In this document: piece after piece, positions 1 to 12,240 of the stretch
Layout of the letters: the number at the start of each line of letters is the position of its first letter
How positions within the stretch are numbered: position 1 is the stretch's first letter
DNA from: Eledone cirrhosa
Taxonomy: Eukaryota
Length of the DNA: 64,000 nt
Assembly (NCBI GenBank): GCA_964016885.1
Contig: OZ024743.1
Location: forward strand, 218,736,001-218,800,000
Reading direction: 5' to 3'
Notes under the pieces: model-generated
Database searches by the model: none
The model's input: only the letters and a program-made list of their open reading frames with translations
What the model was told of the DNA's origin: nothing
Translations under genes and position numbers: made by a program

Positions 1-383
1 CCTTAATTGTTAGATCAGCAAGTTTCTGGATGCTACTTTACCTTTCTATACTATCTGCTGGGACCATAAGACAGCACACACTTAGGGTTTTTCACATCAG
101 ACAGGCAGAACGGACAAATAGGAGCCATGACAACCTTTCATCAAGTGGTTCATACTGCTACTGTTGGTCATTACCTACACACATACAGACATACACAAGC
201 TAAGTTTTCTACACAGAACGTGTACCTTTTCAAATTGTTTGGTTAGGTTAGGGAAAGAAGTGCATTTCGGCATCTTTTACAAGTACCAATGAAAACTTTT
301 GGGAAAGGCAGCTATAAGAGTGGGCAGAGAGGGGTAGGATGAAGGTAGTAGGAAATAAGGTTACATATGGATGAGAGAAGGCA
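1..383. other. Unique, non-repetitive flank to the left of the satellite array; no recognisable gene
   Basis: Mixed-composition sequence with no ORF in the supplied track. It has short CA-rich patches (~75-81, ~177-199), TTAGGG at 82-87, TTAGGTTAGGG at 243-253 and a purine-rich run (~300-382) leading into the array. Confidence 0.85.
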
Positions 384-414
384 TGTGTGTGTGAAAGAGA
401 GGTCAGCTGTGTGT

Positions 415-945
415 GAAAGTGAGGTGAGGTGTGTGTGAAAGTGAGGTAAGGTGTGTGTGAAAATGAGGGGAGGTGTGTGTGAAAATGAGGGGAGGTGTGT
501 GTGAAAATGAGGGGAGGTGTGTGTGAAAGTGAGGTGAGGTGTGTGTGAAAGTGAGGTAAGGTGTGTGTGAAAGTGAGGTGAGGTGTGTGTGAAAATGAGG
601 GGAGGTGTGTGTGAAAGTGAGGTGAGGTGTGTGTGAAAGTGAGGTGAGGTGTGTGTGAAAATGAGGGGAGGTGTGTGTGAAAGTGAGGTGAGGTGTGTGT
701 GAAAGTGAGGTGAGGTGTGTGTGAAAATGAGGGGAGGTGTGTGTGAAAGTGAGGTGAGGTGTGTGTGAAAGTGAGGTGAGGTGTGTGTGAAAGTGAGGTG
801 AGGTGTGTGTGAAAGTGAGGTGAGGTGTGTGTGAAAGTGAGGTGAGGTGTGTGTGAAAGTGAGGTGAGGTGTGTGTGAAAGTGAGGTGAGGTGTGTGTGA
901 AAGTGAGGTGAGGTGTGTGTGAAAGTGAGGTAAGGTGTGTGTGAA
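415..945 (+). repeat. Left-edge homogeneous sub-domain marked by variant monomer GAAAATGAGGGGAGG
   Basis: The variant occurs at 459, 481, 503, 591, 657 and 723, interleaved with consensus units and followed by a pure consensus run. I did not notice this double variant elsewhere in the array. Confidence 0.85.
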
Positions 946-1999
946 AGTGAGGTGAGCTGTGTGTGGAAGTGAGGTGAGCTGTGTGTAAAAGTGAGGTAAG
1001 GTGTGTGTTAAAGTGAGGTAAGGTGTGTGTGAAAGTGAGGTGAGGTGTGTGTGAAAATGATGTGAGGTGTGTGTGAAAGTGTGGTAAGGTGTGTGGGAAA
1101 GTGAGGTGAGGTATGTGTGTAAATGAGAGATCAGGTGTGTGTGAAAGAGAGGTCAGGTGTGTGTGAAAGAGAGGTCAGGTTTGTGTGAAAGCGAGGTGAG
1201 GTGTGTGTGAAAGTGAGGTGAGGTGTGTGTGAAAGTGAGGTGAGGTGTGTGTGAAAGAGAGGTCAGGTGTGTGTGAAAGAGAGGTCAGGTGTGTGTGAAA
1301 GAGAGGTAAGTGTGTGTGAAAATGATGTGAGAGGTGTGTGAAAGTGAGATCAGGCGTGAGTGAAAGAGAGGTCAGGTGTGTGTCAAAATGATGTGAGGTG
1401 TGTGTGAAAGTGAGGTAAGGTGTGTGTGAAAGAGAGGTGAGGTGTGTGTAAATGAGAGATCAGGTGTGTGTGAAAGTGAGATCAGGCGTGAGTGAAAGGG
1501 AGGTGAGGTGTGTGTGAAAGTGAGGTGAGGTGTGTGTGAAAGTGAGGTGAGGTGTGTGTGAAAGTGAGGTAAGGTGTGTGTGAAAGTGAGGTAAGGTGTG
1601 TGCGAAAGTGAGGTAAGGTGTGTGTGAAAGAGAGGTCAGGTGTGTGTGAAACAGAGGTAAGGTGTGTGCGAAAGTGAGGAAAGGTGTGTGTGAAAGTGAG
1701 GTGAGGTGTGTGTAAATGAGAGATCAGGTGTGTGTGAAACAGAGGTAAGGTGTGTGTGAAAGTGAGGTAAGGTGTGTGTGAAAGTGAGGTAAGGTGTGTG
1801 TGAAAGTGAGGTGAGGTGTGTGTGAAAGTGGGGTGAGGTGTGTGTGAAAGTGAGGTGAGGTGTGTGTGAAAGTGAGGTGAGGTGTGTGTGAAAGGAAGGT
1901 AAGGTGTGTGTGTATGAGAGGTAAGGTGTGTGTGAAAGTGGGGTGAGGTGTGTGTGAAAGAGAGGTGAGGTGTGTGTGAAAGTGAGGTAAGGTTTGTGT

Positions 2000-4900
2000 G
2001 AAAGTGAGGTGAGGTGTGTGTGAAAGTGAGGTAAGGTGTGTGTGAAAGTGAGGTAAGGTGTGTGTGTAAGAGAGGTAAGGTGTGTGTTAAAGTGAGGAAA
2101 GGTGTGTGTGAAAGTGAGGTAAGGTGTGTGTGAAAGTGAGGTGAGATGCGTGTGAAAGTGAGGTAAGGTGTGTGTGAAAGTGAGGTGAGGTGTGTGTGAA
2201 AGTGAGGTGAGGTGTGTGTGAAAGTGAGGTGAAGTGTGTGTGAAAGTGAGGTAAGGTTTGTGTGAAAGTGAGGTGAGGTGTGTGTGAAAGAGAGGTGAGG
2301 TGTGTGTGAAAGTGAGGTAAGGTGTGTGTGAAAGAGAGGTGAGGTGTGTGAAAGTGAGGTGAAGTGTGTGTGAAAGAGAGGTGAGGTGTGTGTGAAAGTG
2401 AGGTGAGGTGTGTGTGAAAGAGAGGTCAGGTGTGTGTGAAAGAGAGGTCAGGTGCGTGTGAAAGGGAGGTGATGTTTGGGTGAAAGTGAGGTAAGGTGTG
2501 TGTGTGTAAGAGAGGTGAGGTGTGTGTAAAAGAGAGGTGAGGTGTGTTTGAAAGTGAGGTAAGGTGTGTGAAAGTGAGGTGAGGTGTGTGTGAAAGTGAG
2601 GTGAGGTGTGTGTGAAAGTGAGGTGAGGTGTGTGTGAAAGTGAGGTAAGATGTGTGTGAAAGAGAGGTGAGGTGTGTGTGAAAGTGAGGTGAAGTGTGTG
2701 TGAAAGTGAGGTAAGGTTTGTGTGAAAGTGAGGTGAGGTGTGTGTGAAAATGAGGTAAGGTGTGTGTGAAAGAGAGGTGAGGTGTGTGTGAAAGTGAGGT
2801 GAAGTGTGTGTGAAAGAGAGGTGAGGTGTGTGTGAAAGTGAGGTGAGGTGTGTGAAAGTGAGGTGAGGTGTGTGTGAAAGTGAGGTAAGGTGTGTGTGAG
2901 AGTGAGGTGAGGTGTGTGTGAGAGTGAGGTAAGGTGTGTGTGTAAGAGAGGTAAGGTGTGTGTTAAAGTGAGGTAAGGTGTGTGTGAAAGTGAGGTGAGA
3001 TGCGTGTGAAAGTGAGGTAAGGTTTGTGTGAAAGTGAGGTGAGGTGTGTGTGAAAGTGAGGTAAGGTGTGTGTTAAAGTGAGGTAAGGTGTGTGTGTGAA
3101 AGTGAGGTGAGATGCGTGTGAAAGTGAGGTAAGGTGTGTGTGAAAGAGAGGTGAGGTGCGTGTGAAAGAGAGGTGAGGTGTGTGTGAAAGTGAGGTGAGG
3201 TGTGTGTGAAAGTGAGGTGAGGTATGTGTGAAAGAGAGGTGAGGTGTGTGTGAAAGTGAGGTGAAGTGTGTGTGAAAGTGAGGTAAGGTTTGTGTGAAAG
3301 TGAGGTGAGGTGTGTGTGAAAGAGAGGTGAGGTGTGTGTGAAAGTGAGGTAAGGTGTGTGTGAAAGAGAGGTGAGGTGTGTGAAAGTGAGGTGAAGTGTG
3401 TGTGAAAGAGAGGTGACGTGTGTGTGAAAGTGAGGTGAGGTGTGTGTGAAAGAGAGGTCAGGTGTGTGTGAAAGAGAGGTCAGGTGCGTGTGAAAGGGAG
3501 GTGATGTTTGGGTGAAAGTGAGGTAAGGTGTGTGTGAAAGAGAGGTGAGGTGTGTCTGAAAGTGGGGTAAGGTGTGTGAAAGTGAGGTGAGGTGTGTGTG
3601 AAAGTGAGGTGAGGTGTGTGTGAAAGTGAGGTGAGGTGTGTGTGAAAGTGAGGTAAGGTGTGTGTGAAAGAGAGGTGAGGTGTGTGTGAAAGTGAGGTGA
3701 AGTGTGTGTGAAAGTGAGGTAAGGTTTGTGTGAAAGTGAGGTGAGGTGTGTGTGAAAATGAGGTAAGGTGTGTGTGAAAGAGAGGTGAGGTGTGTGTGAA
3801 AGTGAGGTGAAGTGTGTGTGAAAGAGGGGTGAGGTGTGTATGAATGTGAGGTGAGGTGTGTGTGAAAGAGAGGTGAGGTGTGTGTGAAAGAGAGGTCAGG
3901 TGCGTGTGAAAGGGAGGTGATGTTTGGGTGAAAGTGAGGTAAGGTGTGTGTGAAAGAGAGGTGAGGTGTGTGTGAAAGATAGGTGAGGTGTGTGTGAAAG
4001 TGAGGTGAGGTGTGTGTGAAAGAGAGGTGAGGTGTGTGTGAAAGTGAGGTGAGGTGTGTGTGAAAGAGAGGTCAGGTGTGTGTGAAAGAGAGGTCAGGTG
4101 CGTGTGAAAGGGAGGTGATGTTTGGGTGAAAGTGAGGTAAGGTGTGTGTGTGTAAGAGAGGTGAGGTGTGTGTGAAAGAGAGGTGAGGTGTGTTTGAAAG
4201 TGAGGTAAGGTGTGTGAAAGTGAGGTGAGGTGTGTGTGAAAGTGAGGTGAGGTGTGTGTGAAAGTGAGGTGAGGTGTGTGTGAAAGTGAGGTAAGATGTG
4301 TGTGAAAGAGAGGTGAGGTGTGTGTGAAAGTGAGGTGAAGTGTGTGTGAAAGTGAGGTAAGGTTTGTGTGAAAGTGAGGTGAGGTGTGTGTGAAAATGAG
4401 GTAAGGTGTGTGTGAAAGAGAGGTGAGGTGTGTGTGAAAGTGAGGTGAAGTGTGTGTGAAAGAGAGGTGAGGTGTGTGTGAAAGTGAGGTGATGTGTGTG
4501 AAAGTGAGGTGAGGTGTGTGTGAAAGTGAGGTAAGGTGTGTGTGAGAGTGAGGTGAGGTGTGTGTGAGAGTGAGGTAAGGTGTGTGTGTAAGAGAGGTAA
4601 GGTGTGTGTTAAAGTGAGGTAAGGTGTGTGTGAAAGTGAGGTGAGATGCGTGTGAAAGTGAGGTAAGGTTTGTGTGAAAGTGAGGTGAGGTGTGTGTGAA
4701 AGTGAGGTAAGGTGTGTGTTAAAGTGAGGTAAGGTGTGTGTGTGAAAGTGAGGTGAGATGCGTGTGAAAGTGAGGTAAGGTGTGTGTGAAAGAGAGGTGA
4801 GGTGCGTGTGAAAGAGAGGTGAGGTGTGTGTGAAAGTGAGGTGAGGTGTGTGTGAAAGAGAGGTGAGGTATGTGTGAAAGAGAGGTGAGGTGTGTGTGAA

Positions 4901-7900
4901 AGTGAGGTGAAGTGTGTGTGAAAGTGAGGTAAGGTTTGTGTGAAAGTGAGGTGAGGTGTGTGTGAAAGAGAGGTGAGGTGTGTGTGAAAGTGAGGTAAGG
5001 TGTGTGTGAAAGAGAGGTGAGGTGTGTGAAAGTGAGGTGAAGTGTGTGTGAAAGAGAGGTGACGTGTGTGTGAAAGTGAGGTGAGGTGTGTGTGAAAGAG
5101 AGGTCAGGTGTGTGTGAAAGAGAGGTGAGGTGTGTGTGAAAGTGAGGTGAAGTGTGTGTGAAAGAGGGGTGAGGTGTGTATGAATGTGAGGTGAGGTGTG
5201 TGTGAAAGAGAGGTGAGGTGTGTCTGAAAGTGGGGTAAGGTGTGTGAAAGTGAGGTGAGGTGTGTGTGAAAGTGAGGTGAGGTGTGTGTGAAAGTGAGGT
5301 GAGGTGTGTGTGAAAGTGAGGTAAGGTGTGTGTGAAAGAGAGGTGAGGTGTGTGTGAAAGTGAGGTGAAGTGTGTGTGAAAGTGAGGTAAGGTTTGTGTG
5401 AAAGTGAGGTGAGGTGTGTGTGAAAATGAGGTAAGGTGTGTGTGAAAGAGAGGTGAGGTGTGTGTGAAAGTGAGGTGAAGTGTGTGTGAAAGAGGGGTGA
5501 GGTGTGTATGAATGTGAGGTGAGGTGTGTGTGAAAGAGAGGTGAGGTGTGTGTGAAAGAGAGGTCAGGTGCGTGTGAAAGGGAGGTGATGTTTGGGTGAA
5601 AGTGAGGTAAGGTGTGTGTGAAAGTGAGGTAAGGTGTGTGAAAGTGAGGTGAGGTGTGTGTGAAAGAGAGGTGAGGTGTGTGTGAAAGTGAGGTAAGGTG
5701 TGTGAAAGTGAGGTGACGTGTGTGTGAAAGAGAGGTATGGTGTATGTGAAAGTAAGGTGAGGTGTGTGTGAAAGTGAGGTGAGGTGTGTGTGAAAGTGAG
5801 GTGAGGTGTGTGTGAAAGTGAGGTAAGGTGTGTGTGAGAGTGAGGTGAGGTGTGTGTGAGAGTGAGGTGAGGTGTGTGTGAAAGTGATGTAAGGTGTGTG
5901 TGAAAGTGAGGGCAGGTGTGTGTGAAAGTGAGGTGAGGTGTGTGTGGAAGTGAGGTGAGGTGTGTGTGAAAGTGAGGTGAGGTGTGTGTGAAAGTGAGCA
6001 AAGGTGTGTGTGAAAGTGAGCAAAGGTGTGTGTGAAAGTGAGGTGAGGCGTGTGTGAAAGTGAGGTAAGGTGTGTGTAAAAGTGAGGTAAGGTGTGTGTG
6101 AAAGAGAGGTGAGGTGTGTGTGAAAGTGAGGTGAGGTGTGTGTAAAAGTGAGGTAGGTGTGAGTTAAAGTAAGGTAAGGTGTGGGTGAAAGTGAGGTGAG
6201 GTGTGTAAAAGAGAGGTGAGGTGTGTGTGAAAGAGAGGTGAGGTGTGTGTGAAAGTAAGGTAAGGTGTGGGTGAAAGTGAGGTAGGTGTGAGTGAAAGTA
6301 AGGTAAGGTGTGGGTGAAAGTAAGGTGAGGTGTGTGTAAAAGAGAGGTAAGGTGTGTGTGAAAGTGAGGTGAGGTGTGTGTGTAAGTGAGGTGAGGTGTG
6401 TGTGAAACAAAGGTGAGGTGTGTGTGAAAGTAAGGTGAGGTGTGTGTGAAAGTGAGGTGAGGTGTGTGTGAAAGTGAGGTGAGGTGTGTGTGAAAGTGAG
6501 GTGAGGTGTGTGTGAAAGTGAGGTGAGGTGTGTGTTAAAGTGAGGTGAGGTGTGTGTGAAAGTAAGGTAAGGTGTGTGTGTAAGAGAGGTAAGGTGTGTG
6601 TGAAAGTGAGGTGAGGTGTGTGTGAAACAGAGGTCAGGTGTGTGTGAAAGAGAGGTCAGGTGTGTGTGAATGTGAGGTGAGGTGTGTGTGAAAGAGAGGT
6701 GAGGTGTGTGTGAAAGTGAGGTAAGGTGTGTGTGAGAGTGAGGTGAGGTGTGTGTAAGAGTGAGGTGAGGTGTGTGTGAAAGTGAGGTAAGGTGTGTGTG
6801 AGAGTGAGGTGAGGTGTGTGTAAGAGTGAGGTGAGGTGTGTGTGAAAGTGAGGTAAGGTGTGTGTGAAAGTGAGGTAAGGTGTGTGTGTAAGAGAGGTAA
6901 GGTGTGTGTTAAAGTGAGGTAAGGTGTGTGTGAAAGTGAGGTAAGGTTTGTGTGAAAGTGAGGTGAGGTGTGTGTGAAAGTGAGGTAAGGTGTGTGTGTA
7001 AGAGAGGTAAGGTGTGTGTGAAAGTGGGGTGAGGTGCGTGTGAAACAGAGGTGAGGTGTGTGTGAAAGAGAGGTGAGGTGTGTGTGAAAGAGAGGTGAGG
7101 TGTGTGTGAAAGTGAGGTGAGGTGTGTGTGAAAATGATGTGGGGTGTGTGTGAAAGTGTGGTAAGGTGTGTGTGAAAGTGAGGTAAGGTGTGTGTGAAAG
7201 TGAGGTAAGGTGTGTGTGTAAGAGAGGTAAGGTGTGTGTTAAAGTGAGGTAAGGTGTGTGTGAAAGTGAGGTGAGATGCGTGTGAAAGTGAGGTAAGGTT
7301 TGTGTGAAAGTGAGGTGAGGTGTGTGTGAAAGTGAGGTAAGGTGTGTGTTAAAGTGAGGTAAGGTGTGTGTTAAAGTGAGGTAAGGTGTGTGTGAAAGTG
7401 AGGTGAGATGCGTGTGAAAGTGAGGTAAGGTGTGTGTGAAAGAGAGGTGAGGTGTGTGTGAAAGAGAGGTGAGGTGTGTGTGAAAGTGAGGTGAGGTGTG
7501 TGTGAAAGAGAGGTGAGGTGTGTGTGAAAGTGAGGTGAAGTGTGTGTGAAAGTGAGGTAAGGTTTGTGTGAAAGTGAGGTGAGGTGTGTGTGAAAGAGAG
7601 GTGAGGTGTGTGTGAAAGTGAGGTAAGGTGTGTGTGAAAGAGAGGTGAGGTGTGTGAAAGTGAGGTGAAGTGTGTGTGAAAGAGAGGTGAGGTGTGTGTG
7701 AAAGTGAGGTGAGGTGTGTGTGAAAGAGAGGTGAGGTGTGTGTGAAAGAGAGGTCAGATGCGTGTGAAAGGGAGGTGATGTTTGGGTGAAAGTGAGGTAA
7801 GGTGTGTGTGTGTAAGAGAGGTGAGGTGTGTGTGAAAGAGAGGTGAGGTGTGTTTGAAAGTGAGGTAAGGTGTGTGAAAGTGAGGTGAGGTGTGTGTGAA

Positions 7901-10900
7901 AGTGAGGTGAGGTGTGTGTGAAAGTGAGGTGAGGTGTGTGTGAAAGTGAGGTAAGATGTGTGTGAAAGAGAGGTGAGGTGTGTGTGAAAGTGAGGTGAAG
8001 TGTGTGTGAAAGTGAGGTAAGGTTTGTGTGAAAGTGAGGTGAGGTGTGTGTGAAAATGAGGTAAGGTGTGTGTGAAAGAGAGGTGAGGTGTGTGTGAAAG
8101 TGAGGTGAAGTGTGTGTGAAAGAGAGGTGAGGTGTGTGTGAAAGTGAGGTGAGGTGTGTGAAAGTGAGGTGAGGTGTGTGTGAAAGTGAGGTAAGGTGTG
8201 TGTGAGAGTGAGGTGAGGTGTGTGTGAGAGTGAGGTAAGGTGTGTGTGTGTAAGAGAGGTAAGGAGTGTGTTAAAGTGAGGTAAGGTGTGTGTGAAAGTG
8301 AGGTGAGATGCGTGTGAAAGTGAGGTAAGGTTTGTGTGAAAGTGAGGTGAGGTGTGTGTGAAAGTGAGGTAAGGTGTGTGTTAAAGTGAGGTAAGGTGTG
8401 TGTGTGAAAGTGAGGTGAGATGCGTGTGAAAGTGAGGTAAGGTGTGTGTGAAAGAGAGGTGAGGTGCGTGTGAAAGAGAGGTGAGGTGTGTGTGAAAGTG
8501 AGGTGAGGTGTGTGTGAAAGAGAGGTGAGGTGTGTGTGAAAGAGAGGTGAGGTGTGTGTGAAAGTGAGGTGAAGTGTGTGTGAAAGTGAGGTAAGGTTTG
8601 TGTGAAAGTGAGGTGAGGTGTGTGTGAAAGAGAGGTGAGGTGTGTGTGAAAGTGAGGTAAGGTGTGTGTGAAAGAGAGGTGAGGTGTGTGAAAGTGAGGT
8701 GAAGTGTGTGTGAAAGAGAGGTGACGTGTGTGTGAAAGTGAGGTGAGGTGTGTGTGAAAGAGAGGTCAGGTGTGTGTGAAAGAGAGGTCAGGTGCGTGTG
8801 AAAGGGAGGTGATGTTTGGGTGAAAGTGAGGTAAGGTGTGTGTGAAAGAGAGGTGAGGTGTGTCTGAAAGTGGGGTAAGGTGTGTGAAAGTGAGGTGAGG
8901 TGTGTGTGAAAGTGAGGTGTGTGTGAAAGTGAGGTGAGGTGTGTGTGAAAGTGAGGTGAGGTGTGTGTGAAAGTGAGGTAAGGTGTGTGTGAAAGAGAGG
9001 TGAGGTGTGTGTGAAAGTGAGGTGAAGTGTGTGTGAAAGTGAGGTAAGGTTTGTGTGAAAGTGAGGTGAGGTGTGTGTGAAAATGAGGTAAGGTGTGTGT
9101 GAAAGAGAGGTGAGGTGTGTGTGAAAGTGAGGTGAAGTGTGTGTGAAAGAGAGGTGAGGTGTGTATGAATGTGAGGTGAGGTGTGTGTGAAAGAGAGGTG
9201 AGGTGTGTGTGAAAGAGAGGTCAGGTGCGTGTGAAAGGGAGGTGATGTTTGGGTGAAAGTGAGGTAAGGTGTGTGTGAAAGTGAGGTAAGGTGTGTGAAA
9301 GTGAGGTGAGGTGTGTGTGAAAGAGAGGTGAGGTGTGTGTGAAAGTGAGGTAAGGTGTGTGAGAGTGAGGTGACGTGTGTGTGAAAGAAAGGTATGGTGT
9401 ATGTGAAAGTAAGGTGAGGTGTGTGTGAAAGTGAGGTGAGGTGTGTGTGAGAGTGAGGTGAGGTGTGTGTGAGAGTGAGGTGAGGTGTGTGTGAAAGTGA
9501 TGTAAGGTGTGTGTGAAAGTGAGGGCAGGTGTGTGTGAAAGTGAGGTGAGGTGTGTGTGGAAGTGAGGTGAGGTGTGTGTGAAAGTGAGGTGAGGTGTGT
9601 GTGAGAGTGAGGTGAGGTGTGTGTGAGAGTGAGGTGAGGTGTGTGTGAGAGTGAGGTGAGGTGTGTGTGAAAGTGATGTAAGGTGTGTGTGAAAGTGAGG
9701 GCAGGTGTGTGTGAAAGTGAGGTGAGGTGTGTGTGGAAGTGAGGTGAGGTGTGTGTGAAAGTGAGGTGAGGTGTGTGTAAAAGTGAGGAAAGGTGTGTGT
9801 GAAAGTGAGCAAAGGTGTGTGTGAAAGTGAGGTGAGGCGTGTGTGAAAGTGAGGTAAGGTGTGGGTGAAAGTGAGGTGAGGTGTGTAAAAGAGAGGTGAG
9901 GTGTGTGTGAAAGAGAGGTGAGGTGTGTGTGAAAGTAAGGTAAGGTGTGGGTGAAAGTGAGGTAGGTGTGAGTGAAAGTAAGGTAAGGTGTGGGTGAAAG
10001 TAAGGTGAGGTGTGTGTAAAAGTGAGGTAAGGTGTGTGTGAAAGTGAGGTGAGGTGTGTGTGTAAGTGAGGTGAGGTGTGTGTGAAACAGAGGTGAGGTG
10101 TGTGTGAAAGTAAGGTGAGGTGTGTGTGAAAGTGAGGTGAGGTGTGTGTGAAAGTGAGGTGAGGTGTGTGTGAAAGTGAGGTGAGGTGTGTGTGAAAGTG
10201 AGGTGAGGTGTGTGTGAAAGTGAGGTGAGGTGTGTGTGAAAGTGAGGTGAGGTGTGTGTTAAAGTGAGGTGAGGTGTGTGTGAAAGTAAGGTAAGGTGTG
10301 TGTGTAAGAGAGGTAAGGTGTGTGTGAAAGTGGGGTGAGGTGTGTGTGAAACAGAGGTGAGGTGTGTGTGAAAGAGAGGTGAGGTGTGTGTGAAAGAGAG
10401 GTGAGGTGTGTGTGAAAGTGAGGTGAGGTGTGTGTGAAAATGATGTGGGGTGTGTGTGAAAGTGTGGTAAGGTGTGTGTGAAAGTGAGGTGAGGTGTGTG
10501 TGAAAGTGAGATCAGGTGTGAGTGAAACAGAGGTCAGGTGTGTGTGAAAGAGAGGTCAGGTGTGTGTGAATGTGAGGTGAGGTGTGTGTGAAAGAGAGGT
10601 GAGGTGTGTGTGAAAGTGAGGTAAGGTGTGTGTGAGAGTGAGGTGAGGTGTGTGTGAGAGTGAGGTGAGGTGTGTGTGAAAGTGATGTAAGGTGTGTGTG
10701 AAAGTGAGGTAAGGTGTGTGTGAAAGTGAGGTAAGGTGTGTGTGTAAGAGAGGTAAGGTGTGTGTTAAAGTGAGGTAAGGTGTGTGTGAAAGTGAGGTGA
10801 GATGCGTGTGAAAGTGAGGTAAGGTTTGTGTGAAAGTGAGGTGAGGTGTGTGTGAAAGTGAGGTAAGGTGTGTGTGTAAGAGAGGTAAGGTGTGTGTGAA

Positions 10901-12240
10901 AGTGGGGTGAGGTGTGTGTGAAACAGAGGTGAGGTGTGTGTGAAAGAGAGGTGAGGTGTGTGTGAAAGAGAGGTGAGGTGTGTGTGAAAGTGAGGTGAGG
11001 TGTGTGTGAAAATGATGTGGGGTGTGTGTGAAAGTGTGGTAAGGTGTGTGTGAAAGTGAGGTGTGTGTGAAAGTGAGATCAGGCGTGAGTGAAACAGAGG
11101 TCAGGTGTGTGTGAAAGAGAGGTCAGGTGTGTGTGAATGTGAGGTGAGGTGTGTGTGAAAGAGAGGTGAGGTGTGTGTGAATGTGAGGTGAGGTGTGTGT
11201 GAAAGAGAGGTGAGGTGTGTGTGGAAGTGAGGTAAGGTGTGTGTGAGAGTGAGGTGAGGTGTGTGTGAGAGTGAGGTGAGGTGTGTGTGAAAGTGATGTA
11301 AGGTGTGTGTGAAAGTGAGGTAAGGTGTGTGTGAAAGTGAGGTAAGGTGTGTGTGTAAGAGAGGTAAGGAGTGTGTTAAAGTGAGGTAAGGTGTGTGTGA
11401 AAGTGAGGTGAGATGCGTGTGAAAGTGAGGTAAGGTTTGTGTGAAAGTGAGGTGAGGTGTGTGTGAAAGTGAGGTAAGGTGTGTGTTAAAGTGAGGTAAG
11501 GTGTGTGTGTGAAAGAGAGGTGAGGTGTGTGTGAAAGTGAGGTGAGGTGTGTGTGAAAGACAGGTGAGGTGTGTGTGAAAGAGAGGTGAGGTGTGTGTGA
11601 AAGTGAGGTGAAGTGTGTGTGAAAGTGAGGTAAGGTTTGTGTGAAAGTGAGGTGAGGTGTGTGTGAAAGAGAAGTGAGGTGTGTGTGAAAGTGAGGTAAG
11701 GTGTGTGTGAAAGAGAGGTGAGGTGTGTGAAAGTGAGGTGAAGTGTGAGTGAAAAAGAGGTGACGTGTGTGTGAAAGAGAGGTCAGGTGTGTGTGAAAGA
11801 GAGGTCAGGTGCGTGTGAAAGGGAGGTGATGTTTGGGTGAAAGTGAGGTAAGGTGTGTCTGTAAGAGAGGTGAGGTGTGTGTGAAAGAGAGGTGAGGTGT
11901 GTCTGAAAGTGAGGTAAGGTGTGTGAAAGTGAGGTGAGGTGTGTGTGAAAGTGAGGTGAGGTGTGTGTGAAAGTGAGGTGAGGTGTGTGTGAAAGTGAGG
12001 TAAGGTGTGTGTGAAAGAGAGGTGAGGTGTGTGTGAAAGTGAGGTGAAGTGTGTGTGAAAGTGAGGTAAGGTTTGTGTGAAAGTGAGGTGAGGTGTGTGT
12101 GAAAATGAGGTAAGGTGTGTGTGAAAGAGAGGTGAGGTGTGTGTGAAAGAGAGGTCAGGTGCGTGTGAAAGGGAGGTGATGTTTGGGTGAAAGAGAGGTG
12201 AGGTGTGTGTGAAAGAGAGGTCAGGTGTGTGTGAAAGAGA
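2000..12240 (+). repeat. Proximal higher-order domain with its own variant set (GAAAGGGAGGTGATGTTTGGG, GTGAGATGCG, GTAAGGTTTG, GTGACGTG)
   Basis: Marker GGGAGGTGATGTTTGGG occurs at ~2464, 3496, 3912, 4110, 5580, 7770, 8804, 9237, 11821 and 12171. From ~12,260 onward it is replaced by the form GAGAGGTGATGTTTGGG. Confidence 0.8.
4100..10350 (+). repeat. Imperfect duplication within the proximal domain: ~4.1-6.6 kb recurs at ~7.75-10.35 kb (offset ~3.66 kb)
   Basis: Shared rare markers in the same order: GGTATGGTGTATG at 5734 and 9391 (offset 3657), GAGGGCAGG at ~5908 and ~9521, and GGGAGGTGATGTTTGGG at 4110 and 7770 (offset 3660). Confidence 0.75.

Noticed and set aside
1-383. Promoter, exon or transposon end in the flank (TATAAG at ~313, GCCATGA at ~125)
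   Set aside because: These are isolated short motifs. I saw no substantial ORF, terminal repeat or recognisable element, and there is too little context.
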